Part shown: positions 40,169 to 52,367 of the stretch, in pieces | Layout: every line of letters starts with the position of its first letter | Numbering within the stretch: position 1 is the stretch's first letter | NCBI GenBank assembly: GCA_025201805.1 | Contig: MU619237.1 | Location: forward strand, 427,552 to 491,551 | DNA: 64,000 nt | Direction: 5' to 3' | DNA from: Parasitella parasitica NRRL 2501 | Lineage: Eukaryota; Fungi; Mucoromycota | The notes under the pieces: generated by a model | The model's input: only the letters and a program-made list of their open reading frames with translations | Told to the model about the DNA's origin: nothing | Database searches by the model: none | Program-made: the position numbers and the translations under genes

Positions 40169-42264
40169 TATAATTCTATTCAAAAACAGAGAAATTAAAA
40201 TTATGATTATATATGGTAATCAAGTAGAAAAATAACATTTACAGTAATAGCTTATTTTAGACAGAGTCCGTGTTTATACTTATTTTGGAAGAAGTAAAAG
40301 AAAGAGAGCAATAAAACGAGAAAAACCTCGTTAAATAAAAAGAAGCAGATAAGAGTAAAAGAAGGGGGCCAGTTAGAAATGAACCTGGGCAAACCTAAAA
40401 AAAAAAGGGGGCAGCAGACATAATTCTCATGACTATAGCGTAACATGGTGGAAATAAACACTCGCATGTTATGCTATCCACATGCAAGAAACTAGCACTT
40501 TTTAATCATGCAATCATGTTTGCGAATAACTGTAGCGGTATAATGTCATATACCATTTATCTACGCATAGAAAGATGAATACAATAAAATTCTTTGAGTT
40601 GGTGTAACTAGAAGATGCTTTCTCTTAATTTGCTCCAATGTCAAATAGGTGGTGTAGGTGTAAGCATGTTTTTTGTTCTTGGTGGATCATTCACAAGATT
40701 TATTAAAGATTATTCCTTTGCTAGATTTTCTCGGTGCAGTTTGATTACAGAAAAGATGATGAAAGGCCAGTTCTAACAATAACCTGCAAGTAAAAAAGAC
40801 ATTCATTTGCAGAACTATTGGTGGGTCTGACCGCCAAGTAAAAAAAAGTTATAAGCTTTGAGCATACTTTTGACATGTGAAATATCTGCATTTTTAGAGC
40901 TCGTATCTAATGCCGCGTTCTAATCAAAATATATAAATGATGAGCATATTGTAGCTCAAGCAAATCTTTCGTATTGACAAAATTGCAAAATGTGTTCAAA
41001 TGGCAATTGAAAATTAACAAAGCATAAAATCTTTATTTGTCTACCGTATTACGTTTTAGCGTTATAAGACAGTAGATTTTATACGAGGTTTTCCAAGGAT
41101 AAGTGGTTATGGATGTGAGTAAATTATTAATCAGGATCTAAGTCAAATCAAGGATCAAGAGTGAACCAATGGCAGAATTATTAGCTTAATACCTTCTGGA
41201 CTACACATCCTTCCACCCGTAGTAGCTTGGTCTTGATAATTGTGATTTCTGCACAATGTCCTTAAATAGTCTGAATTTCATACCCATAATCTTATTTACA
41301 GCGGAAATCTTTTGTGATAGCACAACAGTTTAAGCCGATATCTGTAATACCTATCATCTAAAAGAGAGCAGAAGATGCAAAATAGTGTGTTGAGTCCACC
41401 AGACATGCCACTATCTTCTCCGGACCGTTTCATATAAGGGCGACATCTCTATCCAGAATAATCTACTATCTTCTGGGTATGTATTAATGCTATCGAGAGG
41501 AATATAGAGAAATAGCAATGGTGAGATACTGAAAATTTAAAACTAGCGTCATATCACTGTTAATAAATTTCTAGACCTTATTGATCCAGCTCTGTTTATT
41601 AGAAGACATAAAATATTAAGTACTAAGGAGTTTTAGAAAAAATCCTGATTGAAGAGTCCTGGGAGCATGTTTTGGGCATTTTTTAAAAGTGATGTAAATA
41701 TAACAAGTATATAATTTGAAGCTTTCAGTTCAATTGAATGTTTCACCACTAATGTGGTCATATATCTACTCAATATAACCTTCTAGTTAAGCAGTAATTT
41801 CGTAGGCCCCAAAACACTATGGACTAACTTTTACTTACTTTTACTAGCTTTACTCTATTAATTAGTATTCAGAAGTTACTCGAATAATTACATTCAATGA
41901 GGAAGAACCTCCCCATCAATTCAAGTAATCATTTTGATATGTATATAACAGCTAACAAAGACAATAATAATATTGATTTATACCTTTGATCTTCCATTTC
42001 AGAGATAAAGTTCTTAATGTCACATATTTAACTTTCCTACAACTTTTTTTAAATAATAATGAATAATAAAGCAAAATAAACACTAATCAAGAGGAACTGC
42101 AGTTACAGTAACAAATGCTGATATTCGAGTAGTCGGCGTTAAACCAAGCACATCCCATTTTCAGAAACTAATTAAAAATACGTAAATACATCAGAAAATT
42201 ATAAGTAAAAATATGGGGGTATGAAACAAAGCATGAAATAAATGATCAAGTGTATTCTTTTAAA

Positions 42265-42415
42265 AATAAAAGCTCTCTGAACAGAGTAAATAATGTTTGA
42301 AAGTCGGGCGAAATAGCTTGAATCTCTCGAAATTGGATATAGTCCAACTAAAAAAGGGGATATTTTTTAAGCTGTACACCTTGTTCTATTGAATAATAAA
42401 TGTTCAAAAAATTAG
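42265..42415. repeat. Dispersed repeat copy B (inverted relative to 12440-12590)
   Basis: cagagtaaataatgtttgaaagtcgggcg..ctctcgaaattggatatagtccaactaaaaa..ttttttaagctgtacac. Confidence 0.8.
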
Positions 42416-42849
42416 TATGCATAGTTCACAGAAATATAGATGATGTGGTATAACCCACCGAATCTCATAGAGGTGTCTGGGTTTCGGCCCTCAGCAGGGA
42501 GGGGGATGTCCTCCTCACTCAGCATTTTGCCGCGAGCGAAAAATATTGCATATTCTACGATATTTCATATAGCTACTATGTATCTGTAGTCCAATTATAC
42601 GTGAATATAATTGGCAACTGTCATTATTCTTATTTTGATAGTAGATCATACACAAAGGATCTAATTTAATCTCAAAAGGCTGAAAATATTATTATAAGAC
42701 ATTATCATCGACATTATATTAATTTTTAACGCAAGGCGCTACTAGTAACCAACACATTTGTTATTACTATTATAAACGGGTTACTTGAGAATGGTACGAT
42801 ACAAAAAAAATCCAAAGAAGCAAAATAGGTTGCTGAATCCACAAAAGGT

Positions 42850-43260
42850 GCAACTATCTTCTCCCAGTTTTGCATGTAAAGATAACGTCTCTATCCAGAG
42901 TAATCGTAAAAAAGCAGCCATTTTGGGTGAGAAAAGGTACATGTTAAATGCCATACATTAAGTCAATTAAGTTCACATACCACCAAACTTCGATGCAGTA
43001 CTCGCCTACATTGCCTCTACTCCTCTGTACAGTTTTGTGTAAGGATGATGTTACTAACCAGAGTAATTATCAAAAAGCAGTGATTTTGAGTAATCTTGAG
43101 TGTAACAAAACGCATTAATTGCCAAACATTAAGTGAATCAAGCCCATATACCACCACCGAAACTCTATGTAATACTCGCCTACATTATCTTTATTCCTCT
43201 ATAAATTTTCGTGAAAGTGTGATATCTATATCCAAATTAATCAGCAGAAAGTTATGATAT
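42850..43260. repeat. Degenerate tandem repeat, ~174-bp period, ~2.3 copies
   Basis: actcgcctacatt recurs at 43000 and 43174. ccagagtaat...aaaaagcag and tgcca.acattaagt..at.aag also recur at a similar spacing. Confidence 0.8.
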
Positions 43261-43816
43261 TAATGTCAAATTATACAATATTTCTTAAAACTTTAAAACG
43301 TACGATATAAAAGAGATTCAAGGATGGAAAACAGGTTACCAAGTCTGTCAAAATTGCGACTATCTTCTACGTTCATTGAATTGTAATTAGCTCCTGCACT
43401 ACAATGATGATGCTATCTTACATTTGGTTTGAATAATGCTTATCATCGATGATACTCACATATTTAATAGTATTTTCCTAATTAGGATATCAGAGAACGG
43501 CTACATTTGGAATGAAATATTTCGGTTAAATTTGGTATATTGATATATCGAGTTCTCGTTATGTAGAAGACCTGTACGTACTGCTTTCTTTGCTAACTAC
43601 ATAATATGAAAGGTATATGCATATTATGATTCAACGAGGCTGTTTGTTACGAATATTGTTTATATTGGAAGAAGCTCGTCTTTAATCAGGATCTTGGGCA
43701 ACTATTATAAACTTACGACAATAATGTCTTACCTTTTGTTATACATTTCATTGCTATGAACTTAATTTTACAAAACATTTGAAATTGGAAAGCTTTATTA
43801 CATCTATTATTTGGGC

Positions 43817-44072
43817 TTATAATGCACTGCTGTCATTATTATCTTCAACTTTGCGTCGCTTTTGATCTGGATACAAATACCATTGTTGTTGTTGTTGTTC
43901 TTGTTGCTGTGGGTCATTTAATAATTGTGGTTGACTTAGCTGGGGTATAATATTACTACTACTGACAGAAGAACTAGCTACATTAGTGGTAATTGAAGGC
44001 GTAGTGACAGGTATGGTTGTAGCAGTAGAGTAGTCTGCATTGAATTGCTGCTGCTGCTGCTGCTGCTGTTGC

Positions 44073-44105
<33 letters not shown>

Positions 44106-44851
44106 AATTGTGGTAAATACTCGATTACTTTCCCTTTCCCTTTATTACTGCTATTGGAGTCTTCACCACTATTGCCCGCCTCAATTAATGTCAACTGTGG
44201 CGTCATAGTATTTAATCCAAGTAGGCTACCATTTAACGAATAATTTTGCTGAAGTAAATGCAATTGCTGCTGTTGTTGTCGTTGTACCACGAGATGCGCG
44301 CAATATCTCTCCAATAGGCTACCAAGCGAACCTTGATTAAAAGGTTTAGGCAAGACATCTGTCATCCCACTCATAAAATATTGCTGAATATCCTGATCTG
44401 TGGTGTTTGATGTCATGGAAATAATAGGCGTCCAAGTATCGTATTGTCGAATATTTCGAGTAGCTGACATTCCATCTAATTTTGGCATCATAATATCCTA
44501 GGTTAATTTGCGTTAGTAACTTTTATACATGAATACAAGAGGTTGTTTTTACCATTAACACCAGATCATATTTCCCGGTACCCAATTTTCTCACAGCTTC
44601 CACCCCATCAACGGCTACATCTATTGCACAACCAGCAATTTGAAGTAACCTTGTTGACAATCTACGGAATAGTGAATCATCATCTACCAACAAAACTCGC
44701 GGCGGCACTGACCATCCCGGTTGTATGCGCTTTCTCTTTCGTATAGGTGCAGATGCAGCAATGATGGGCATCATGGAAGTAGAATTCGCAATTTGCTGTG
44801 GCTGTATTTGCAGTGATTGTATTTGCAATGGGTGTTGCTGTTGGATATGTG

Positions 44852-44882
<31 letters not shown>

Positions 44883-45904
44883 TTGTTTGGAATTGTCGAT
44901 CAGAGACGGCATCATGGCTGGAGTAGATGGCCCACCTGCCATAATTGGATTCCCACTAACAGCATCCGATAATCGTTCCAACTGCCCTTGGCTTGAATTC
45001 GAAACGGTATTGTATGTATTTAATATTGTTTGCAAATCTTGGCTCACAGCCACATTATTATGCTTGGAAACAAAAGACATGATGTCTTTCATAAGCACAT
45101 CTTGATCGTTCATGTTTTTTTTAAAACCTTGAATGCTATCCAAAACTACGCTGTACTTTTTATCATAACTTTTTATCTTTTCTGTCATTTTCTTTTGTGT
45201 CTCTTTGAGCCCGTTGATTTCCTTTTGAAGATTATTTGCTAATGCCTTCATTTCTTCCTCAAGTACATTGACAGGCAATCTCGAATTTGCTGATGAAAGT
45301 GTCGAATTTGACGATGCTGATGATTGATTTGCTTGCGCCGCTTTGCCGGTGGGTTTTCTCTGCAGTTATTAATTCAAATTAGATAACTTGTTGATAGATT
45401 TAGGAGATTTCATGATTGTACCTTTATGTCTTCCAACAATTCCCTTCTGTTATATTTAAAGTTGGGATGCTGAAACTCCCATGCCTTGACAGATTTAATC
45501 AATAGTTAGAGGCTGGTTAAAAAAACTTGTCCATCGTTCTATTACCTGATCGCCGTAAAGGCGATGTCCATCGTCTGGGATTCGCAATTTATGGAAATCA
45601 TACTTGTTCAGCTGGCGCACAAAACTTTGGAAGTTTGAATGCTTGAAATGTTTCGGCAAAATGTGGCGAGCAAATTCGTTGGGATCTTTCACTACAAATG
45701 TGTTTCCCTCGGCTCCCCAAGAAAACACTTGGGGATAAATATTGTCCTCCAGCATCCTATCTAAAGTGTGAGTGTTTCGGTATCATAGAGATTAAAACGA
45801 GATTAGAGTCCGTACCCAAATAGCTTCTTTACAAACTCGGGTATACTATTTGAACTTGGAGGGCTGGAATTACTATCATTTATGGGAGATGAAGAACTAA
45901 GCAT
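43817..45904 (-). CDS. SKN7: HSF-domain response regulator Skn7/Prr1
   Basis: HSF DNA-binding domain ([49 protein letters not shown]), a coiled coil, and the receiver [41 protein letters not shown]; poly-Q tracts. Confidence 0.93.
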
Positions 45905-46959
45905 TATTTAGAAAAAGTTTTACAATGTTAACAAGGAAAGAGAAGAGAGAATTGAAGGAAGAAGGCTTATGGAGCAGAAATAGAAAAAGGGAATAACTGA
46001 GTTGCAACAATCATGTTCCGAACTCAAAGAAAAAGACATGTGCAACACAACCTGTGTTTTATCAAAAAGATCTAAATTCAGGCACACGTCATTAAACGGA
46101 AACAGTTTAGTTCATTGTGCATTGTTAACAGAAGGATGGAAGTCCTGCTCAGGTTAAGTATATACCATCTCGATTAGGATACAATGAGTCTCTAGCGTGA
46201 TTTATTACACTGAATTTTATTATTTTGCAAGAAAGACAACTAACATGCCATCTCTGCGATATATGATTTGCCGTCTGTCATGTAAAATCACTATAGTGGC
46301 ATGCCAACTGTTGTTAATTTAAAGGGGTTTTCTACAGCAAGCTTACTAGTCAACATTAGAAATATTTTAGCTGTAGCAATATCAAGTGTCTAAAGTTAAC
46401 TATACCATTTTTTGCTTTATAAATTGTTTCAAAATGCAAGACATAGTGCCAGCTCAACATATGGTTTTATTAGGTTCCCCTGTTTTAAACAAACGTGTTT
46501 GTTGTATGTATAATAAAACGATTAATTGCAGTTGAACATAACCAATGTTTTGATTGTCAATCAAATAAAGTAGATATGGTTAAGAAAGAAAATAAAACAA
46601 AAAAAAACTACAATCCCGTTATCGTAGAGCTGACCGAAACTTACGATGGGGAAAAAAATCGATTGACTGATAAACAAAAATACATAATTAAGCAGTTCAA
46701 AAGATCTTGGATTCTTTATAACGGAAAGAATAGTTAGTATTTCGACATGGTTACAAAAATGATGTACATCTATTGCAGAAATGTACCAATGAATAGAAGT
46801 TATAATTCTTATCAACACTTTCCAACAATTTTTGAAAGACCCTTTTTCAAATCAAAAGAAATCCGCCACAAGCAAAAATGGTAAGCTACTTATATATCTA
46901 ACATAATAGTTCAAAATGTTGCTGATTACAAGGCATATACAATGTTAAGTCTTGCTTGA

Positions 46960-47460
46960 ACTGTGTGTAGAAGATAGCTCAGACGACGACTTTTTTACAT
47001 CTGAATCCAGGTCTATAGATTTTTCCAAGTTTATACATTACATCAAGACGAGAGCACATCGGTTCAAACTACTATGTACGAGTATTATGGAAGCGAGAAG
47101 ATAAAGTCAACGACAACATACTTTCCTGCATTCGTGTTTGACTTTCGGATCAATCGAAAATAGGATTATGGAATCTAGTGTGTATTTGATAAATGAATAC
47201 AAAATATCTTCACACTGCCCTGCATGTGAAGGGGAGCTAGGAAAATTCAAGGATATACCTAACCCTCGTCCTTATCAAATACACAATGACCTGAACGTAG
47301 TATGCCATGGTTTATTGAGATAATTCAAAGGAGAAAAAAATCGTACAGAAATCGTATTGACTCTTGTTATCTAATGTCTTGCTAGGGAATGCGATCAAGC
47401 AGCCGTAATTAATTTCCTCAAGATTCTCAATAGTCTCAGAAAGACAGTGTCTTTTAAGCA
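46960..47460 (+). mobile_element. Degenerate Fanzor (eukaryotic TnpB-like RuvC nuclease) relic
   Basis: VYLINEYKISSHCPACEGELGKFKDIPNPRPYQ...VVCHGLLR (RuvC-II Glu + Zn finger), then ggaatgcgat (degenerate WNRD) DQAAVINFLKILNSLR (RuvC-III). Upstream SESRSIDFSKFIHYIKTRA..YEYYG is frameshifted. Stops and deletions are present. Confidence 0.72.
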
Positions 47461-47635
47461 AAAAACATGCTACAAACTAATCACCAAAAAGAACTTTTCA
47501 CCAAAGTTATCTATCGCTTTGGCCATTTAATACAGGTATTACAAAAAGATAAATACACTAAATGTACTAAAACGAAATTTGCTCAAACCGATAAAATTTA
47601 CCAGCGCGACTGTATAATCTAAAATTATCTTTATG

Positions 47636-48074
47636 CTAGTTGTGTCGAAAAAACTTCATGCCCATCCAATTCCACAATACCCAATATATCCATACAATCG
47701 CGGTAATAGGTATCAGCAAGCAATAGTAATTGTCTTGTTTAATCCAATCCAAGATCTATCAATAACATACCTTTTAGCTATACCGTTTCTTAGGAGTTCT
47801 GTCCCTAGGATACCTTATTGTCTGTATCTGGCATGTATTTGCTAGCTATGATCGAGTACCCAGACATTGTAAATACGAAAAGTGTCACAATTAGCAGCGC
47901 ATAGCCATAAAGATAAGTTGTATCGGGTATTGTCTCTGGCAAATGCATTGTCATTCTCCTGGCGTAGTTGAGCTGTCCTGTTGTATTCAGCGCATTGTTA
48001 ATCAAAGTATTATTATTCGATATTCTTGGTATTAGGATAGACTTCGATGATCGTCTTCTATGGTGTGTTTGCAT
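47636..48074 (-). CDS. PIGY: GPI-GlcNAc transferase subunit PIG-Y / Eri1-like, 2 exons
   Basis: ..YGYALLIVTLFVFTMSGYSIIASKYMPDTDNK-ILDWIKQDNYYCLLIPITAIVWIYWVLWNWMGMKFFRHN*. Confidence 0.82.
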
Positions 48075-48129
48075 GCAGACAAAAAAAAATTTAGAAGAAA
48101 AAAGGCCACACTATTTTATTTGAACTAGG

Positions 48130-49162
48130 TTATTTCTTATTAGCAGGCACGTAATCCTTTGATAAATCGATATGCGATAAATGAGTGTTGGTAATTTTGA
48201 TTCTCTTATTTCTTGTTTTTGATTTCTTGGGTTTGGACTGTATGAAACATGAACATAAGTTCTGTATAAAGTTATAAAATAATCGTTTTCTACACGTACC
48301 TCAGATGTTACTTTCTTCTCAAATACTTCCATCGTCTTTAATCCAGCAACCTCAAGTGCCTTTGGTAAATCTGTTTCATCAGGAATTTTTATCTCTGACC
48401 ACATTTTCTTAAATTCTATTCAATATTTTAGGACAAAGCACTATATGCAATTGCCATGTCGATTATACCTGGATCGATGGTTGTGTTGTATTGAGAATCA
48501 TTGTGAAACAAGACTCGAGGATTACCGTCTTTGTTACGAACGACCAGTATCTGGCCCTCGGTTGCTAATTCTTCGACTGCGCTGCTCAATTTCGAATACG
48601 AATCCTTGAGATCCTTGTAATCCATTCCACCTTCATTCTTTTTCTGGATTAATAATGATAACAGGTCTTCTTTGCTTCTAATCTGATATGTTGGTTTATA
48701 AGCGAATGTAATGTTGGAGGGGTCGAAGTCAATTTTGTTATTATTCACTAGTTTCTCCCATAACGCCGGATTCTTCCCAATGTCGACTTTTGTTCGAGAG
48801 GCAATGCTTACGACAGATTGTGGGTTATCGCTATCCTTCAAGAACTGGATTACTGTGTACAGTTGACTCATGGCATGATGACCAGTTCCAGTATTGGCAG
48901 GTTGCGAATATACTACAAGCGGAATAAACACTTTATATGTGATTAAGCTTTAGATGCCTTGCTTTTCGTATTTACCAGTTGATCTTTTTCGTTTCTTATC
49001 TAGGCCAGCTTCGAAAGATGCTTTTGTGTTATTTGAAATAACTCCTACCTGTGCTTTTGACTCTTTGACAGGCACAGCCTGACCTGCACGCTTCACAGCA
49101 ATATCAGCATTTGCTTTGAATGATTTTTTAAAGCTCTTTAATTGATTATTTAATGAAGACAT
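48130..49162 (-). CDS. TFA2: Transcription initiation factor TFIIE beta subunit
   Basis: VYSQPANTGTGHHAMSQLYTVIQFLK, FAYKPTYQIRSKEDLL, KDLKDSY, FKKMWSEIKIP and the C-terminal RIKITNTHL. Confidence 0.93.
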
Positions 49163-49368
49163 GATCAAAAGAAAAGAAAAACGTAGGAGACAAGAGAAAT
49201 AACAGAGCCAAATTTTAGTGCAGCAGGTGTGGCTGTCTTTGTCATGGCTCAAACACTAACATTGGCCGTAAAAGTTGGCACATGTAACAAATTTTATTCA
49301 TGTAATTTGATTCGATATACAGATGTTTATTTTGATAAAATAAAAAGCGAGGAAGAAATAAGAGAGAT

Positions 49369-50362
49369 CTAATGAGTCTTGGCAATTCCTACATGAAAAT
49401 CACATTAACAAACTAGTATTAGGTAATCCCGTTCACAAAGGGAAACTTACTTTGAACATCAACAATAGCTTGCTCAAGGATTTGTTGCTGAATCTTAGGG
49501 TCTTGCAAGTCCTTGTTAATCTTTTCAATCAAATAGGCAGCTAATTGCTTTTGTTCACGATCACGAACATTGGCTTCATGACGAACCCAAGAATCCAAAG
49601 TAGCCTTAACCTCATGAGCTACATCAACTTGTTGCTTCAATTTGAAAGCCTCGGCCTCCAATTGAGCGGTTTCACGGGAGAGCTCGAAAAGAGCCTTGGT
49701 AACATCTACAAGATCCTTCATTTGACCAACTTCGTTGATGCGCTCGTTGACAGCAGTCTTGTGATCTTCACGAGCTTGAACCAAAATATTTTTGATACGG
49801 TTGATGTGGTCGTTGGCCATGTCGTTGAAAGGTTCTCTGAGATACTTTAAAAGAACACCAAGGAGACCAGTGGCAGCAACCAGAACCAGAGTTTCTTCAT
49901 TGAAAACATAAATTTCCTTGGAAATCATAAAGGTAGCGAGACCGGCGCCTAATGTAAGGAAGCCAGTCTTGGAAACAAAACTGTTACCAGGAAGGGCGTT
50001 GATGATGCTGTTTGCCTTCTCTTTGGGCTCAACTATTATGAATCAAGAATATTGTCAGTTTTTCATTTTCCATGTAATCTACAATGTTTGCGTTTCGAGT
50101 ATTAAGTCGAATTGTACCTTCTTTTTGGGTAGTGTAGTGACGAACGCTATTGACTACGATTAATTTCGAGTTACTCATATATTGTTCAGGTTCTAAACTT
50201 ACGCAGTAGCACCCAAAGATTGACGGGATGTATTGATTAAAGTAGGACGAGCAACAATGGCAGCTGAAAGATGGATAATCATCAAAATTTGAACAAATGC
50301 AGCAGCATCTACAAATTTTACTTACCTTTAGCAGCATTTTTGGTGATCAAACGGAAAGCCAT
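49369..50362 (-). CDS. ATP4: Mitochondrial ATP synthase F0 subunit b (subunit 4)
   Basis: EPKEKANSIINALPGNSFVSKTG, ISKEIYVFNEET, VDVTKALFELSRETAQLEAEAF, KATLDSWVRHE; presequence split over small exons. A probable 5'-UTR intron lies at ~50391-50448. Confidence 0.95.
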
Positions 50363-52367
50363 ATCGAAAATAGCAGTGGAAAGAGGTGAGCTATCATTTC
50401 AGATTTCAAGTTAATATGGCAATCTCACATCTATTGAGTGTTTCTTACAATTTTTTTTACAGTCGAAAGAAAAAGAATTTGAAATAAATATATGGGGTTG
50501 GATATTTTGGATAGCGAGTGTGTGTGCGGGCCCCTTGCTTCAGCCTATGAAGTTGCTTCGAATACCGCGCAACCAACAACCAAACCTCGAGCTTCAATGA
50601 AGACAGTATAAACAAGGGGGAGGCCGAAATTTTACGTCACCCGTATCTACCACGAAGACATCCACTGGGATCTAAAACTGTCATCAATGCAAAGACTAAA
50701 TAGATCTTGCTATATTACAATTAGCCTGAAATTAATGTCAAGAGCAGTAAAAGGGCATCTTAGCGGTATACTATTAGCATCGATTGATAGTTTATACAGT
50801 ATAATTCCGTCAGTTTTACGGCAAAGAAGCAGCATCATTGATTTCATTTGTTGTGTTCGGATTTTGTAATACCAAATCCCGGCTCATCATCATTTTTTCT
50901 TCAAGATGTTTTGCATGATTCATAGTATGTGATTTACATCTCTCTCGATTTGGTTATCATGTCACGAATTCAACAAGGCATAGCAAAAGAACATCCCGTT
51001 AGTTGGCTTGATTCTTATATATTTATTGACGTTAAACATGACAATTAGGAATGGATCCTCCCAAGACTTTGCCAGCAAAATGCCAATAAGACAGGCGTTT
51101 ACGCAGCGAGTAAGATATGATACAATGGCGTCTTACAGCGAGAAACTAACAGACAGCACGGTTTAGTTTTTGCTGGTATAGTGACATGTAAAATAATTGT
51201 TGAGCAATTAAATAGACACTGCATCTAACCTCTATCTCGTAAATGATAGTGCCGATAGCTCGCCGTTTCTTGGATAAAAATCGAGCTTTATTCTCTGCAC
51301 TCGGTAATTTCAAGTGTATTTAGCTAATAGCGATTAATAAATGCATAACCATAAATAGGCGCATCTGGATTAGCTGGCTACATTGCTGCCAAATATTCGT
51401 TTGCATACTGCGAGAAAACATACGGCTTCTTTCAAAGCATGGAGCATATACAGACTGAAGAACTCAAAGCTCCCAATGGCAGTAAACAGAATAGTACTGA
51501 CTTGCATTGATTTCATACACATGTATAGTGCATCGTATAAAAATATTTCATCTTGAAACCAGATGCCTCAAATGGAGGCATATGCTACTCACAAAAATAT
51601 ATTATCAGTATTTGACAAACTATAGTTTTACGTTAAAAAACAATGCATAGATGAACCATGGCAATTGATAGCATAGTATCAATCTATCATATGCTTAGGC
51701 ATGTTTTTGTTGAATCTCCATCGACGTTGGTTTAGAGGGTGATTCAGATGGTTATTAGCTTCAGATAGCTAAACTAAATCGTTAATCAATGTATACGATC
51801 CTCTGAAGTATCACAAATCAAATGATTCCAGTGCATGATTCTGCCATAATATGGATTTCATCGCTTTTATTTTGATAGACATTTTGGATTTCGCACATAG
51901 TAAACGTGCTTTAGTTTTTAATAGAAGACGATAAATGCTTTTTTGCTGTATCTGAAGATACAGTTTGTTCAAGTTTTTCCTAATGGAAAATGATATTTAA
52001 TTTTCAAATGGTAAGATAACCACCGATTTTGCCATATTTGAGGTGAAAGATTAGAGTTAAAAGAAAAACCGACTAATCAATTAATTTTCATTTACAAGAT
52101 GGCTAAGAAAAATTTGGTTAAACGCAACAGCAAGACATTTTGGAATCAAAGAAATATCTCAGACTAACTCTGCAATCGTACACCAAGAATTTAAGTTGCA
52201 GATATGTTGTTTCTTACAATAAAGGAACTGTTACCTATCTGAAACGCGTATTTCATTGGATAATAATGTGTAAACGCATGAGGAAAGGATGGCCGTAGTA
52301 AATTTTATTTCCTTCTTTTCCAATGCACATTTGTTTTTCCATTGCCGTGTTTGCTTAATTTATAATA

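Noticed and set aside
42445-42530. tRNA/SINE-like stretch (tggtataa...gggtttcggccc)
   Set aside because: Only loose A/B-box resemblance; I could not build a cloverleaf. tRNAscan-SE would settle it.
44040-45105. Plus-strand ORFs with poly-Cys runs (44040-44243, 44725-45105)
   Set aside because: They are antisense shadows of the Skn7 poly-Gln codons.
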